Of a stretch of 64,000 nt of DNA, positions 55,491 through 64,000 are shown piece after piece. The stretch is from NCBI GenBank assembly GCA_021845665.1, contig JAJZVO010000019.1, positions 919-64,918 of the forward strand, written 5' to 3'. The notes under the pieces were generated by a model that ran no database searches, was not told where the DNA came from, and saw only the letters and a program-made list of their open reading frames with translations. Both the position numbers and the translations under genes were made by a program. This stretch comes from Bacteroidota bacterium. GTDB lineage: Bacteria > Bacteroidota > Ignavibacteria > Kryptoniales > JAKASW01. Each line of letters begins with the position of its first letter. Positions within the stretch are counted from its first letter, which is position 1.

Positions 55491-56998
55491 CAGCCTTCAA
55501 ACCTCCCATTTGTCCATCGGGAAGGCTTCTCACCTTCGTTCTTTGTTTGCAGGGAGGAACGATTTCTCCCGCGCAACCGTGTGGCCGCGACAATCACCGC
55601 CCTGTCAAGCGCTTCCTGGCTCAGTGAAGTAAGATTCATCTCATCCACTTTCCAGTTTTCCTGGACGAAGTGAGTCGAATATTTGCCTGATCGAAACGGT
55701 CCACTTTTCATGACAAAAGTGCAAAACGGGATTGTGGTCTTGACGCCGGTGATGACGTAGTCGTCGAGCGCTCTTATCATTTTCCCGATTGCATTTTCCC
55801 GAGTACTATCCCAGACGCCGAGTTTGGCTATCATAGGGTCATAGTAAACCGATATCTCGCTTCCCGATTCGACGCCCGAGTCGACCCGGATGCCGTTCCC
55901 AACCGGCTCGTGGAGTGATTTTAGCGTTCCGGTATCGGGTAGGAAATTACCGTAAACATCCTCCGCATAGATGCGACATTCTATTGCGTGACCTCTTCTT
56001 GTTATCGATTCCTGATTCATGGAAATTGTTTCGCCCTCTGCGATCTTGATCTGCTCGCGGACGATGTCCAGGCCGGTCGTAAGTTCGGTTATCGGATGCT
56101 CCACCTGCAGCCGGGTGTTCATCTCCAGGAAATAGTAATTTCCATCTTCATCTAAAATGAATTCGACCGTGCCGGCGTTCACGTAACCGCACGCCCTTGC
56201 AGCGCCGACGGCGGCTTTCCCCATTTCCTCACGCATGGCAGGAGAAAGCGCCAGCGAAGGAGTTTCCTCCACGACCTTCTGGTGACGCCTCTGGATGGAA
56301 CATTCCCTCTCAAACAGATGTACCACGTTGCCATGAAAGTCTGCGAGGATTTGAAACTCGATGTGGCGCGGGCCGAGGACATACTTCTCGATGAAAATCC
56401 TTCCGTCTCCGAAGGCCGACGCGGCTTCCGATTGTGCACCGCGAAGGCTCGATTCAAGTTCACTTTCTTCAGCGACCAACCGCATCCCTTTTCCGCCGCC
56501 GCCGGCAGCAGCTTTCACGAGGACCGGATAACCGATTTGCCGCGCGATGTCGGCAGCCTCTTTCAGATTCGTTACGACTTCCGCAGTTCCCGGAACGACC
56601 GGTACGCCGTAGCCCGCCACAATCTTTCTAGCTTCAGTCTTGTCTCCCATCAGCCTGATGGTCTCGGCACCCGGGCCTATGAAAATTATCCCGGCCTTCT
56701 CAGACTCACGCGCGAAGTCGGAGTTTTCGGAGAGAAAACCGTAACCAGGATGAATTGCGTCAGCGCCCGACTTCTTCGCAGCAGAAATGATCTTCTCTAT
56801 TTCCAGGTACGTTTCACGCGCTTCCTTTCCGCTCAAAGGGTATGCCTCGTCGGCGTAGCGCACGAAAGGCATCGCGATGTCGACGTCGGAGTATACTGCG
56901 ACGGAACGGATATCCATTTCTCTGAGAGTTCGCATTATTCTCAAAGCGATCTCCCCGCGATTGGCCACAAGTACCTTTTTGATCTTCCTGCTTGTCAT
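55490..56998 (-). CDS. accC: Acetyl/propionyl-CoA carboxylase biotin carboxylase subunit
   Basis: ANRGEIA, IHPGYGFLSEN, KAAAGGGGKGMR, RECSIQRRHQK, EMNTRLQVEHP, YYDPMIAKL. Confidence 0.93.
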   Translation of the reverse strand: MTSRKIKKVLVANRGEIALRIMRTLREMDIRSVAVYSDVDIAMPFVRYADEAYPLSGKEARETYLEIEKIISAAKKSGADAIHPGYGFLSENSDFARESEKAGIIFIGPGAETIRLMGDKTEARKIVAGYGVPVVPGTAEVVTNLKEAADIARQIGYPVLVKAAAGGGGKGMRLVAEESELESSLRGAQSEAASAFGDGRIFIEKYVLGPRHIEFQILADFHGNVVHLFERECSIQRRHQKVVEETPSLALSPAMREEMGKAAVGAARACGYVNAGTVEFILDEDGNYYFLEMNTRLQVEHPITELTTGLDIVREQIKIAEGETISMNQESITRRGHAIECRIYAEDVYGNFLPDTGTLKSLHEPVGNGIRVDSGVESGSEISVYYDPMIAKLGVWDSTRENAIGKMIRALDDYVITGVKTTIPFCTFVMKSGPFRSGKYSTHFVQENWKVDEMNLTSLSQEALDRAVIVAATRLRGRNRSSLQTKNEGEKPSRWTNGRFEG

Positions 56999-57048
56999 AG
57001 GTATGGTCGTCGTTTAGATACCTTTAAATACTAAACCTTCAGCAAGTG

Positions 57049-59406
57049 TTAATCAGGCTTAAGCTCGACGATCGTCACACCCTGGCCGCCTTCGCCAAGT
57101 TCGCCTGACCTGAAAGAGGTAGCAAACGGGTGAGTCTTCAACAGCTCCGCAACGGCCCGCCGGAGCGAACCGGTACCCGTGCCGTGAACAATCTCGACCT
57201 GTTTCAAGCCGCCAAGGTAAGCCTCGTCGAGGAACTTTTCCACAGAAACCTGGATTTCATAAGGCCTCATCCCTCGGATATCGAGCTTCGTCTGTGTACC
57301 CGAGTGAACTTCGATGTTTACCGATGTCGCCCTCACCGTCCTTTTTCCGGCACTCTGCAGCTCGCTCTTGTGAACGCGCATCTTCAGACCGTTCACTTCC
57401 ACCAGAAGTTCCCCCTTCTCGTTCGATTTCTCGCGGACTTCACCGGCGAGGAGAGTTCCTTTGATCATTACGGTATCACCGACGTCGAACTCTTTCTGCT
57501 CTTCCTTTTCGTTTTCCTTGAGCTTGGAAATGCGCGTTTTCAGTTCGTCAACTTCGGCCTGCGCGCCCTTTATCGATTCCTTTGAAGCCCGGGTTTCGCG
57601 AATCTCACGGACAAGGCCTTCAATCTTCCTGTTCAGATCTCCGACCAGGTTCTCGGAGTCTTCGACGGCCTTCCTCTTTATCTCTACCGCTTCCTTTTTC
57701 GCCGAGTGCAGTTTCTTCTCATATTCCTGGCGCATGGTCTCGGCGAGTTCCTGCTCCTTTTTGATTTCGGCGACTCTGTCGCGCAGCTCAATCTCCAGGC
57801 GTTCGACCCTTAGAAGAAGCTTCTCAAGCTTATCTCTCCCTTCGCCGACGTACTTTCGCGCCCTATCCACTATCGATGCCGATATGCCGGTACGCTGAGC
57901 GATCTCGAAAGCATAACTCGAACCTGGTCTTCCGAGTACAAGCTTATAGGTCGGCGTAAGCGTGTTCTGGTCGAACTCCATGGCGGCATTTTGCATCCCA
58001 GGAGCTTCACTTGCAAAGACCTTGAGTCCGGAATTATGAGTAGTCACGACCGTCATCGTCCCAGCGTCTCTCAATTCTTCGAGCATCGCCGAAGCGAGCG
58101 CGGCGCCTTCAGCCGGCTCGGTCTCCTCGCCGAGCTCATCGACGAGAGCAAGACATCTATCGTCGACTCTTTCGAGTATACCGACGAAGTGTTTGATACG
58201 CGAAGTGAAACTGCTCAGATCGTTCTCGATCGATTGCTCATCTCCGATCTCGGTAAAGATCTTCTCGTAAAGAGGGAGCTCGGTACCGGGATCGGCGGTA
58301 AGCGGGATCGCCGCGAGGTTGCAGAGGACGAAAAGGCCGAGCGTCTTAAGGGTGACTGTTTTCCCGCCGGAGTTCGGCCCGCTTATGACGACAACGCGAG
58401 TCGAGTCGTCGAGGAACATATCGACCGGAGTAACCTTTTCCCTTCCCAATTTGATTGTGAGGAGCGGGTGTCTTGCCTTTACAAGCCTCGGCACAGCAAC
58501 GGCGCCGACTTCCGGGACAATCGCACCGAACCTCATCGCAAAACCGCCTCGTGCATAAAGGCTATCGAGATGCGAAAGGACCTCCACGTCCTGCACAAGC
58601 TTCGGGACTACTTCCCGAATTCTACCTGTAAGCTCGTGCAGGATCTTCTCGATCTCGCGCTGTTCCTCGAATTGCAGAGATATCACCTCGTTATTCAGAT
58701 CTACCGCCTCCGACGGCTCGATGAAGACCGTTTGCCCGGTTGCACTTGCGCCGTGAATCAAACCGGAAAGTTGACGTTTATATTCTGCCTTCACGGGCAG
58801 GACGAGCCTTCCGTCGCGCTGCGTAAAGATATCGTCCTCGGAATATTCCATATCGGAATACGAACGGGCAATGGTCATTATCTTCTTCCGAAGCGTCCCC
58901 CTGGTCCGGTTGAGGCCTATCCGGATCTTGAGAAGTTCTTTGCTCGCATCGTCACGTATGTTTCCCTCTTCATCAACACCCCTATTCAAGTTGAATTCGA
59001 GAACCGTATCGGGGTACAGTTGAAATGCGAGCTGCGAAATCTCCGGTAAATCGTTCTTCTGCCTGAGAAGAGATTTCCTGACCCCGTCGACGACGTGCAG
59101 CAGCACGGATACCAGACGGAGTTCTTTACCCTGGAGGAAACTCCCTCCTTTCGCGGCATGCGCGAGGGACGGTCTCGCGTCTTTTGCCCCGGTCAAGTCA
59201 GGGAAAATATTGCGCACGGTGAGCGAGTGGGCCTGGTCGACGAGCCGGTACTCCTTCTCCAGTCCGACCTTCGAGCTAAAGAGCGGAATAGAATCGAGAT
59301 ACTTCTCACCCAGCTCTGTCTGACATAGACCTTTCAGGTAGGAAATCAACCGGAGAAATTCAAGTTTCTCGATGGAGCGGGCGAGCTCAGGGTCGCGTTC
59401 TATCAT
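57049..59406 (-). CDS. mutS2: Endonuclease MutS2 with Smr domain
   Basis: SGPNSGGKT, DEQSIENDLSSF, DELG..T.P.EG, LDIRG...IVHGTGTG.LR. Confidence 0.93.
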   Translation of the reverse strand: MIERDPELARSIEKLEFLRLISYLKGLCQTELGEKYLDSIPLFSSKVGLEKEYRLVDQAHSLTVRNIFPDLTGAKDARPSLAHAAKGGSFLQGKELRLVSVLLHVVDGVRKSLLRQKNDLPEISQLAFQLYPDTVLEFNLNRGVDEEGNIRDDASKELLKIRIGLNRTRGTLRKKIMTIARSYSDMEYSEDDIFTQRDGRLVLPVKAEYKRQLSGLIHGASATGQTVFIEPSEAVDLNNEVISLQFEEQREIEKILHELTGRIREVVPKLVQDVEVLSHLDSLYARGGFAMRFGAIVPEVGAVAVPRLVKARHPLLTIKLGREKVTPVDMFLDDSTRVVVISGPNSGGKTVTLKTLGLFVLCNLAAIPLTADPGTELPLYEKIFTEIGDEQSIENDLSSFTSRIKHFVGILERVDDRCLALVDELGEETEPAEGAALASAMLEELRDAGTMTVVTTHNSGLKVFASEAPGMQNAAMEFDQNTLTPTYKLVLGRPGSSYAFEIAQRTGISASIVDRARKYVGEGRDKLEKLLLRVERLEIELRDRVAEIKKEQELAETMRQEYEKKLHSAKKEAVEIKRKAVEDSENLVGDLNRKIEGLVREIRETRASKESIKGAQAEVDELKTRISKLKENEKEEQKEFDVGDTVMIKGTLLAGEVREKSNEKGELLVEVNGLKMRVHKSELQSAGKRTVRATSVNIEVHSGTQTKLDIRGMRPYEIQVSVEKFLDEAYLGGLKQVEIVHGTGTGSLRRAVAELLKTHPFATSFRSGELGEGGQGVTIVELKPD

Positions 59407-59919
59407 CTACGAGTGCTTGGAAAAGAAGAACTTATCGAGATAATGTTCTGAAGTCTTCTTCGAGATGAATGTCTTGTAGACGTTAGGGGCAAATCCTCTG
59501 ATGGGGCCGTACATGAATGACTTGTTCAGTGTCGGACCTGGCGAAGGTATTTTGAAGAAACCCAGCACCACGAGAAGCAGGCTGAGGATGAGGGCACCTT
59601 CGAGAAAGCCGAACAACGCTCCTCCTAATTTGTCGACCATCTGAAGTATTGAGACCTTTTTCAGCCCCTTGGCGATCGCCCCGCTTATCACAAAGAGAAT
59701 AACAAATATTGCCGCTATCACGATGACACCGCAGATGGTAGTTCCGAAACCGATAAGTCTTGCCAAAAACCCCGCTGCTTCCCCGCCGTATTTAGCCGAT
59801 AGAACTATTCCACCGAGGAGTGCAGCCAGCGAAAGCACTTTCGCGAAGAGACCCTTCGCAAACCCATTTACGGTAAATGCGACGAGTGCTACTATCAGAA
59901 TAACGTCTATTCCGGTCAT
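59407..59919 (-). CDS. cvpA: CvpA family (colicin V production) membrane protein
   Basis: ID..LIV, DKLGGALFG; upstream of mutS2. Confidence 0.85.
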   Translation of the reverse strand: MTGIDVILIVALVAFTVNGFAKGLFAKVLSLAALLGGIVLSAKYGGEAAGFLARLIGFGTTICGVIVIAAIFVILFVISGAIAKGLKKVSILQMVDKLGGALFGFLEGALILSLLLVVLGFFKIPSPGPTLNKSFMYGPIRGFAPNVYKTFISKKTSEHYLDKFFFSKHS

Positions 59920-60368
59920 CCGAGTTTTGCCTTAACAATGTCCTGTACCATCTTACCATCGGCCTTTCCCCGCAATTCTTTCATCGCGGCCCCCATGAGC
60001 TTTCCAAAGTCCTTCTGTCCCTGCACACCAAGATTCGAAGCCAGGTCATCGACAACCTTCACGATGTCGTCCCTGCTCACCTGCTTAGGCAGGTATTCCT
60101 GGATGATTTCCAGCTCACCGCGCTCTTTGTCTGCGAGGTCCTTCCTCCCCGCTTTTTCGAATTCCTCTATCGCTTCTTTTCGCATCTTTGCAGAGCTGAG
60201 AAGTACCTGCATCTCGTCATCCGCAGTCATTCCCTCGGTAGTAACACGTTTCTCCACTTCTTTCTCGAGGAGCTTCGCTTTCACCATCCTCAGGGTCTCG
60301 AGACGTTGCGTCTCCCTCTTCAACATGGCGTTCTTGATATCGTTGCTAATTGTCTCTTTCAGACTCAT
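59916..60368 (-). CDS. GatB/YqeY domain protein
   Basis: DIKNAMLK, RKEAIEEFEKAGRKDLADKE..E...YLPKQ, GKLMGAAM. Confidence 0.9.
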   Translation of the reverse strand: MSLKETISNDIKNAMLKRETQRLETLRMVKAKLLEKEVEKRVTTEGMTADDEMQVLLSSAKMRKEAIEEFEKAGRKDLADKERGELEIIQEYLPKQVSRDDIVKVVDDLASNLGVQGQKDFGKLMGAAMKELRGKADGKMVQDIVKAKLG

Positions 60369-61075
60369 CACATTTTTCCCGGGAATTTTAATACAGTATC
60401 GTTAATTGAATGTCCGGCGCTACACAGATAGAGTGCAGCCTCGACTATCTCGTCAGTTCCGACCCATCTTGCGGCATCGGCGCCTTTTATCCACTTCCTG
60501 TTGTTTTCGGTGTCAATGGTCGAAGGAGCAATTGCGAACACCGAGATGCCCGAATCTTTGTACTCTTCGGCCGCGGCCCTTGAGAGGGCGAGGACAGCGG
60601 ACTTCGAAGCCGCATAAACGGAACTCCCTGCGCCCGATCCGAACACCTGCATGGAAACGAAGTTGATTATCCTTCCGAATTTTTCTTCAACCATGGCCGG
60701 AATCACCGCCGACATGATGTTGAACGTTGGAACCAGATCGATTGAAAGCATTTTTCCCAGATCGGCGGGAGAATGTTCGTGGAGCTTCCTACCACCTACC
60801 CAGCCGCCGAGTGAATTGAGGAGAAAATCCACTCCTCCAAATCTCTCTTCAACGGACATCACTGCTTTCCTTGCCTGGGAGGCATCGGCGAGATCGGCCT
60901 GAAAGGATTCATAAACGGCAGAAAAGTCAGAGAATGTCTTATCCAGTTCTGCTTTTCTATCGGGATTTCTGTAAATGAAAGCTACGTTCGCACCCGCTCT
61001 GAGGAATCCTCGGGCGAGCTCCTTTCCGACAGATCCCCCGGTGACCAAAGCTACTTTACCGGCTAGACTTACCAT
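60368..61075 (-). CDS. Short-chain dehydrogenase/reductase
   Basis: VALVTGG, YAASK catalytic motif, APSTIDT. Confidence 0.9.
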   Translation of the reverse strand: MVSLAGKVALVTGGSVGKELARGFLRAGANVAFIYRNPDRKAELDKTFSDFSAVYESFQADLADASQARKAVMSVEERFGGVDFLLNSLGGWVGGRKLHEHSPADLGKMLSIDLVPTFNIMSAVIPAMVEEKFGRIINFVSMQVFGSGAGSSVYAASKSAVLALSRAAAEEYKDSGISVFAIAPSTIDTENNRKWIKGADAARWVGTDEIVEAALYLCSAGHSINDTVLKFPGKM

Positions 61076-61081
61076 ATGCTG

Positions 61082-61110
61082 AATTTATTTTCAGACCGGT
61101 TAAAAAGCAA
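61082..61110 (-). promoter_or_regulatory. Putative sigma70 promoter for SDR-yqeY-cvpA-mutS2 (TTGCTT-N17-TAAATT), leaderless
   Basis: ATG 6 nt after -10. Confidence 0.5.
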
Positions 61111-61476
61111 AGACACCCAGGCCGCGCGGTGGACCACTTTGAGAATATACGGTTACTTCGCTGATTAAACGCAATAAAACCCGGGACGCTAACGGGTAGG
61201 AAACTGTTCACTTCTTCTTCGAAGGAGGATGTTTTTTTCCATCGTGAAGTCCACTGCTGCGCACCACCGCGAGCAGAAGGGCGCCCTCCCTTCAAGAAAT
61301 CAAGAAGTCAACGAACTGCACTGCTTGTACAATCCATTTTTGGTCCATGGAATCCGCGGTGCCAGATCGCTAGTTTTTGTCAAACAAGATGCCACCGGGC
61401 CAAACAATTGTTATTAACTTCCGGTTTAGTAAATTTAGAATACAAGCAAACATCCGAGTAGTATTCAATCGCATCT

Positions 61477-61512
61477 TTGAGTAGCAAAATTCGAATCAAG
61501 CTCAAGGCTTAC
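61477..61512 (+). other. 12-codon fragment resembling the N-terminus of ribosomal protein S10
   Basis: TTG AGT AGC AAA ATT CGA ATC AAG CTC AAG GCT TAC = xSSKIRIKLKAY; similarity stops abruptly. Confidence 0.45.
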
Positions 61513-61609
61513 GTTTGGCAAACATCAGTCTTTTTCGCCAAACACTTCGGCAGTCTTCCCCGAGGAAACACCTCAACTCTATATACAACAAACAATGGAA
61601 GGACAACGC

Positions 61610-63676
61610 ATGAACACAATTCGTGCAGCACTGCTACTCCTGATGATGAGCTTATTCCTCATTCTACCAACGAAAGGCTCTCAAATCATGGCGCAGAATA
61701 AGTCAACCGACTCATCGATTCCACCGCTCGACCCGGTAAACATGGACACATCGGTTAACCCGGCGGAGAACTTCTACGAGTATGCCAACGGCGGGTGGCT
61801 AAGAAAGAACCCGATTCCGGCGGCTTACAGCAGATGGGGAAGCTTCTCCGAGCTTTACGACCGCAATCTCGACATACTCCACTCGGTAGCCGAAAAATCG
61901 TCAGAAGAAAGTAACGCAGCTAAAGGGAGCGACACGCAACTTGTGGGCGATTTTTATTTTAGCGGTATGAATACTTCGGCTATCGACAAGGACGGAATTG
62001 GTCCGGTTGAGCCGTACATTCGAGAGATCGATGCGATTAAGAATAAGGCCGAACTCCAGTCCACCCTGGAGAAGCTTCAACGAAAAGGTGTAAGCCTCCT
62101 GTTCTATTTCACTTCGCAGCAAGACCTAAAGAACAGTGAAATGATAATAGCAACCGTGTTTCAGGGAGGGCTGAGTCTGCCGGATCGGGATTATTATACA
62201 AAGACCGACAAGCAGTCAAAAGAAATCCTTAGCGAATACGACACCTACATGAAGAAGATGTTCTCGTTATTGGGCGAGAATAAGAAGACCGCATCGGAGA
62301 ATGCAGACATAGTCTCAAGGATGGAGACCCGTCTCGCGAAAGCCTCGATGACGCGGGTAGAGATGCGGGATCCCAAAGCAACCTATAACATGATGTCCAT
62401 AGCAAAACTCGGTGCCCTGGCTCCCGGATTCTCGTGGAAATCCTACCTCAGGTATTTCGACCTGTCCGGCGTAAAAAGTGTCAACGTCGCGCAGCCGAAG
62501 TTCATACGAGAAGTCGGGCGCATGCTCAAATCAGTTTCGCTCAAGGACTGGAAGGTCTACCTCAAGTGGCACCTGGTAAATTCGATGGCACCGTATCTCA
62601 GTGGGAAATTCGTAGATGAGCATTTCCATTTCTACGGGACGGTATTGACAGGGGCGAAAGAGCTCCAGCCAAGGTGGAAGAGAGTTCTGCAGAGGGTCGA
62701 TCAGCAGGTAGGCTTCGCGCTCGGCAGACTTTACGTGGCCGAACATTTTTCGCCCAAGGCAAAGGCAAGGGCGGAGGAGATGGTTCACAACCTCGAGACC
62801 GCATTCGCTCAACGCATCAGGAGCCTGGACTGGATGAGTGAGAAGACCAAGAAGCAGGCGCTGATCAAACTCAAGGCGATTGTGAACAAGATCGGTTATC
62901 CTGACAAATGGAAAAGCTACGAAGGACTGGATATTGACCGCGGGCCGTACGTTTTGAATGTCATGCGCGCGAACGAATTCAACTTCGATTACGAAATAAA
63001 CAAGGTAGGTAAGAAAGTCGACCGGACGGAATGGCAGATGACTCCCCCGACGGTTAACGCTTATTACGATCCGTCAATGAACGAGATCGTTTTCCCGGCA
63101 GGGATACTCCAGCCTCCCTTTTTCAACCCTGACGCCGATGACGCGGTAAACTACGGCGGAATGGGGGCGGTCATAGGCCACGAAATGACACACGGCTTCG
63201 ACGACCAGGGTAGCCAGTTCGACGCCGATGGGAATCTTAAGAACTGGTGGAGCAAAGCAGACGCTGCCAATTTCAAGAAGAAAGCCGAAGTCCTGGTAAA
63301 GCAATTCGACTCTTACACCGTTCTCGATTCCCTTCATGTAAACGGTAATCTTACCGAGGGCGAGAACATTGCAGATCTCGGTGGAGTATCGATCGCGTTC
63401 CAGGCATTCGAGAATACCTTAAAGGGAAAGCCTCGCCCGGGAAAGATAGACGGTTTCACACCGGAACAGCGTTTCTTCATGGCATGGGCACAGATGTGGC
63501 GCGAGAACGACAGGCCGCAGGCGTTGCGTCAGCGGTTGATAGTCGATCCGCACTCGCCCAACGAGTTCAGGTGCAACGGCCCCCTGTCCGATTTCCCTCC
63601 GTTCTACGAGGCGTTCGGCGTCAAGCAGGGCGATTCCATGTACAGAGCTGACAGCGTCAGGGCAAAGATCTGGTAA
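61610..63676 (+). CDS. Secreted M13-family zinc metallopeptidase (neprilysin/PepO-like)
   Basis: ENFYEYANGGW, VNAYY, GHEMTHGFD, ENIADLGG, DPHSP; start 61610 has GGAAGGA SD. Confidence 0.95.
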   Translation: MNTIRAALLLLMMSLFLILPTKGSQIMAQNKSTDSSIPPLDPVNMDTSVNPAENFYEYANGGWLRKNPIPAAYSRWGSFSELYDRNLDILHSVAEKSSEESNAAKGSDTQLVGDFYFSGMNTSAIDKDGIGPVEPYIREIDAIKNKAELQSTLEKLQRKGVSLLFYFTSQQDLKNSEMIIATVFQGGLSLPDRDYYTKTDKQSKEILSEYDTYMKKMFSLLGENKKTASENADIVSRMETRLAKASMTRVEMRDPKATYNMMSIAKLGALAPGFSWKSYLRYFDLSGVKSVNVAQPKFIREVGRMLKSVSLKDWKVYLKWHLVNSMAPYLSGKFVDEHFHFYGTVLTGAKELQPRWKRVLQRVDQQVGFALGRLYVAEHFSPKAKARAEEMVHNLETAFAQRIRSLDWMSEKTKKQALIKLKAIVNKIGYPDKWKSYEGLDIDRGPYVLNVMRANEFNFDYEINKVGKKVDRTEWQMTPPTVNAYYDPSMNEIVFPAGILQPPFFNPDADDAVNYGGMGAVIGHEMTHGFDDQGSQFDADGNLKNWWSKADAANFKKKAEVLVKQFDSYTVLDSLHVNGNLTEGENIADLGGVSIAFQAFENTLKGKPRPGKIDGFTPEQRFFMAWAQMWRENDRPQALRQRLIVDPHSPNEFRCNGPLSDFPPFYEAFGVKQGDSMYRADSVRAKIW

Positions 63677-63744
63677 GATCCGGAGCATGCGACCGTCACT
63701 GGCCCGGCTTTCGGCGGCGTCGGTGACGGCCACAGCTGCGGCAG

Positions 63745-63999
63745 CTATTTTACAACTTCCCCAACAACGAACGCATTCTCGTGCATCTTCTTAAGATATT
63801 TCAGGAGCGCGTCCCCCTCATTTGACGGGACTATCACTATCAACCCTACTCCCATGTTCAATGCCCTTCTGGCATCGTTGTCCGGGACATCGCCAATCTT
63901 CTGAATCAACCGGAAGATAGGAGGCACTTCCCAATTTCCCCAGAACACTTTGAATTTTCTCGGCTCGCGTATGACCCTGACGGTGTTTCCTTCGATTCC
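63745..63999 (-). CDS. purM: Phosphoribosylformylglycinamidine cyclo-ligase, C-terminal part (runs off window end)
   Basis: GIEGNT.R.I...W.VPPIF.LIQ..G.V...D.RRALNMGVG. Confidence 0.85.
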   Translation of the reverse strand, partial: GIEGNTVRVIREPRKFKVFWGNWEVPPIFRLIQKIGDVPDNDARRALNMGVGLIVIVPSNEGDALLKYLKKMHENAFVVGEVVK

Positions 64000-64000
64000 G

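Noticed and set aside
864-59049. Numerous long antisense ORFs in the track (e.g. 950-1450, 12130-13047, 32532-33392, 57991-59049)
   Set aside because: Shadows of well-supported genes on the opposite strand with no domain motifs
1-64000. tRNA, rRNA, CRISPR array, IS/transposase, prophage, defence systems
   Set aside because: No T-loop/cloverleaf, spaced repeats, transposase or phage motifs recognised by eye; a tRNAscan/Infernal run would be needed to exclude them fully

Overview
Gene-dense bacterial chromosome segment with no rRNA, tRNA, CRISPR array or IS element recognised. Gene content (MGxQQ small-protein family, yqeY-cvpA-mutS2, Chlorobi-like petCB, deltaproteobacterial-style cox operon) suggests an FCB-group organism, probably Ignavibacteria/Kryptonia-like; this is inference, not a computed placement. 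Most of the window is housekeeping: folB-folK-deoxynucleoside kinase, lptFG, argD, tnaA, a cdd-tdk-nucleoside ABC-PNP salvage operon, accC/BCCP, mutS2, peptidases and purM. The standout is a ~13.4 kb respiratory island at 40.9-54.3 kb. It holds a Cyc2-type outer-membrane cytochrome-porin resembling the Acidithiobacillus Fe(II) oxidase, a periplasmic monoheme cytochrome c, a Rieske protein plus a cytochrome b/diheme-c fusion, an uncharacterised polytopic membrane cytochrome c, and a full A2-type heme-copper oxidase operon with its own tethered cytochrome c. A second Rieske/cytochrome b pair lies at 5.3-7.0 kb. Together these form a candidate Fe(II)-oxidation / extracellular electron-uptake chain in a lineage not known to me for aerobic iron oxidation. 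Smaller anomalies: two paralogous pilin-like MGTQQ proteins, an internally deleted FAD dehydrogenase, a NanE lacking its catalytic Lys, a CLC with a GEGVP filter, a stray rpsJ-like fragment, and recurring TTGnnn-N16/17-TATATT promoters that imply leaderless mRNAs. All family calls rest on motif recognition from memory; no database searches were run.
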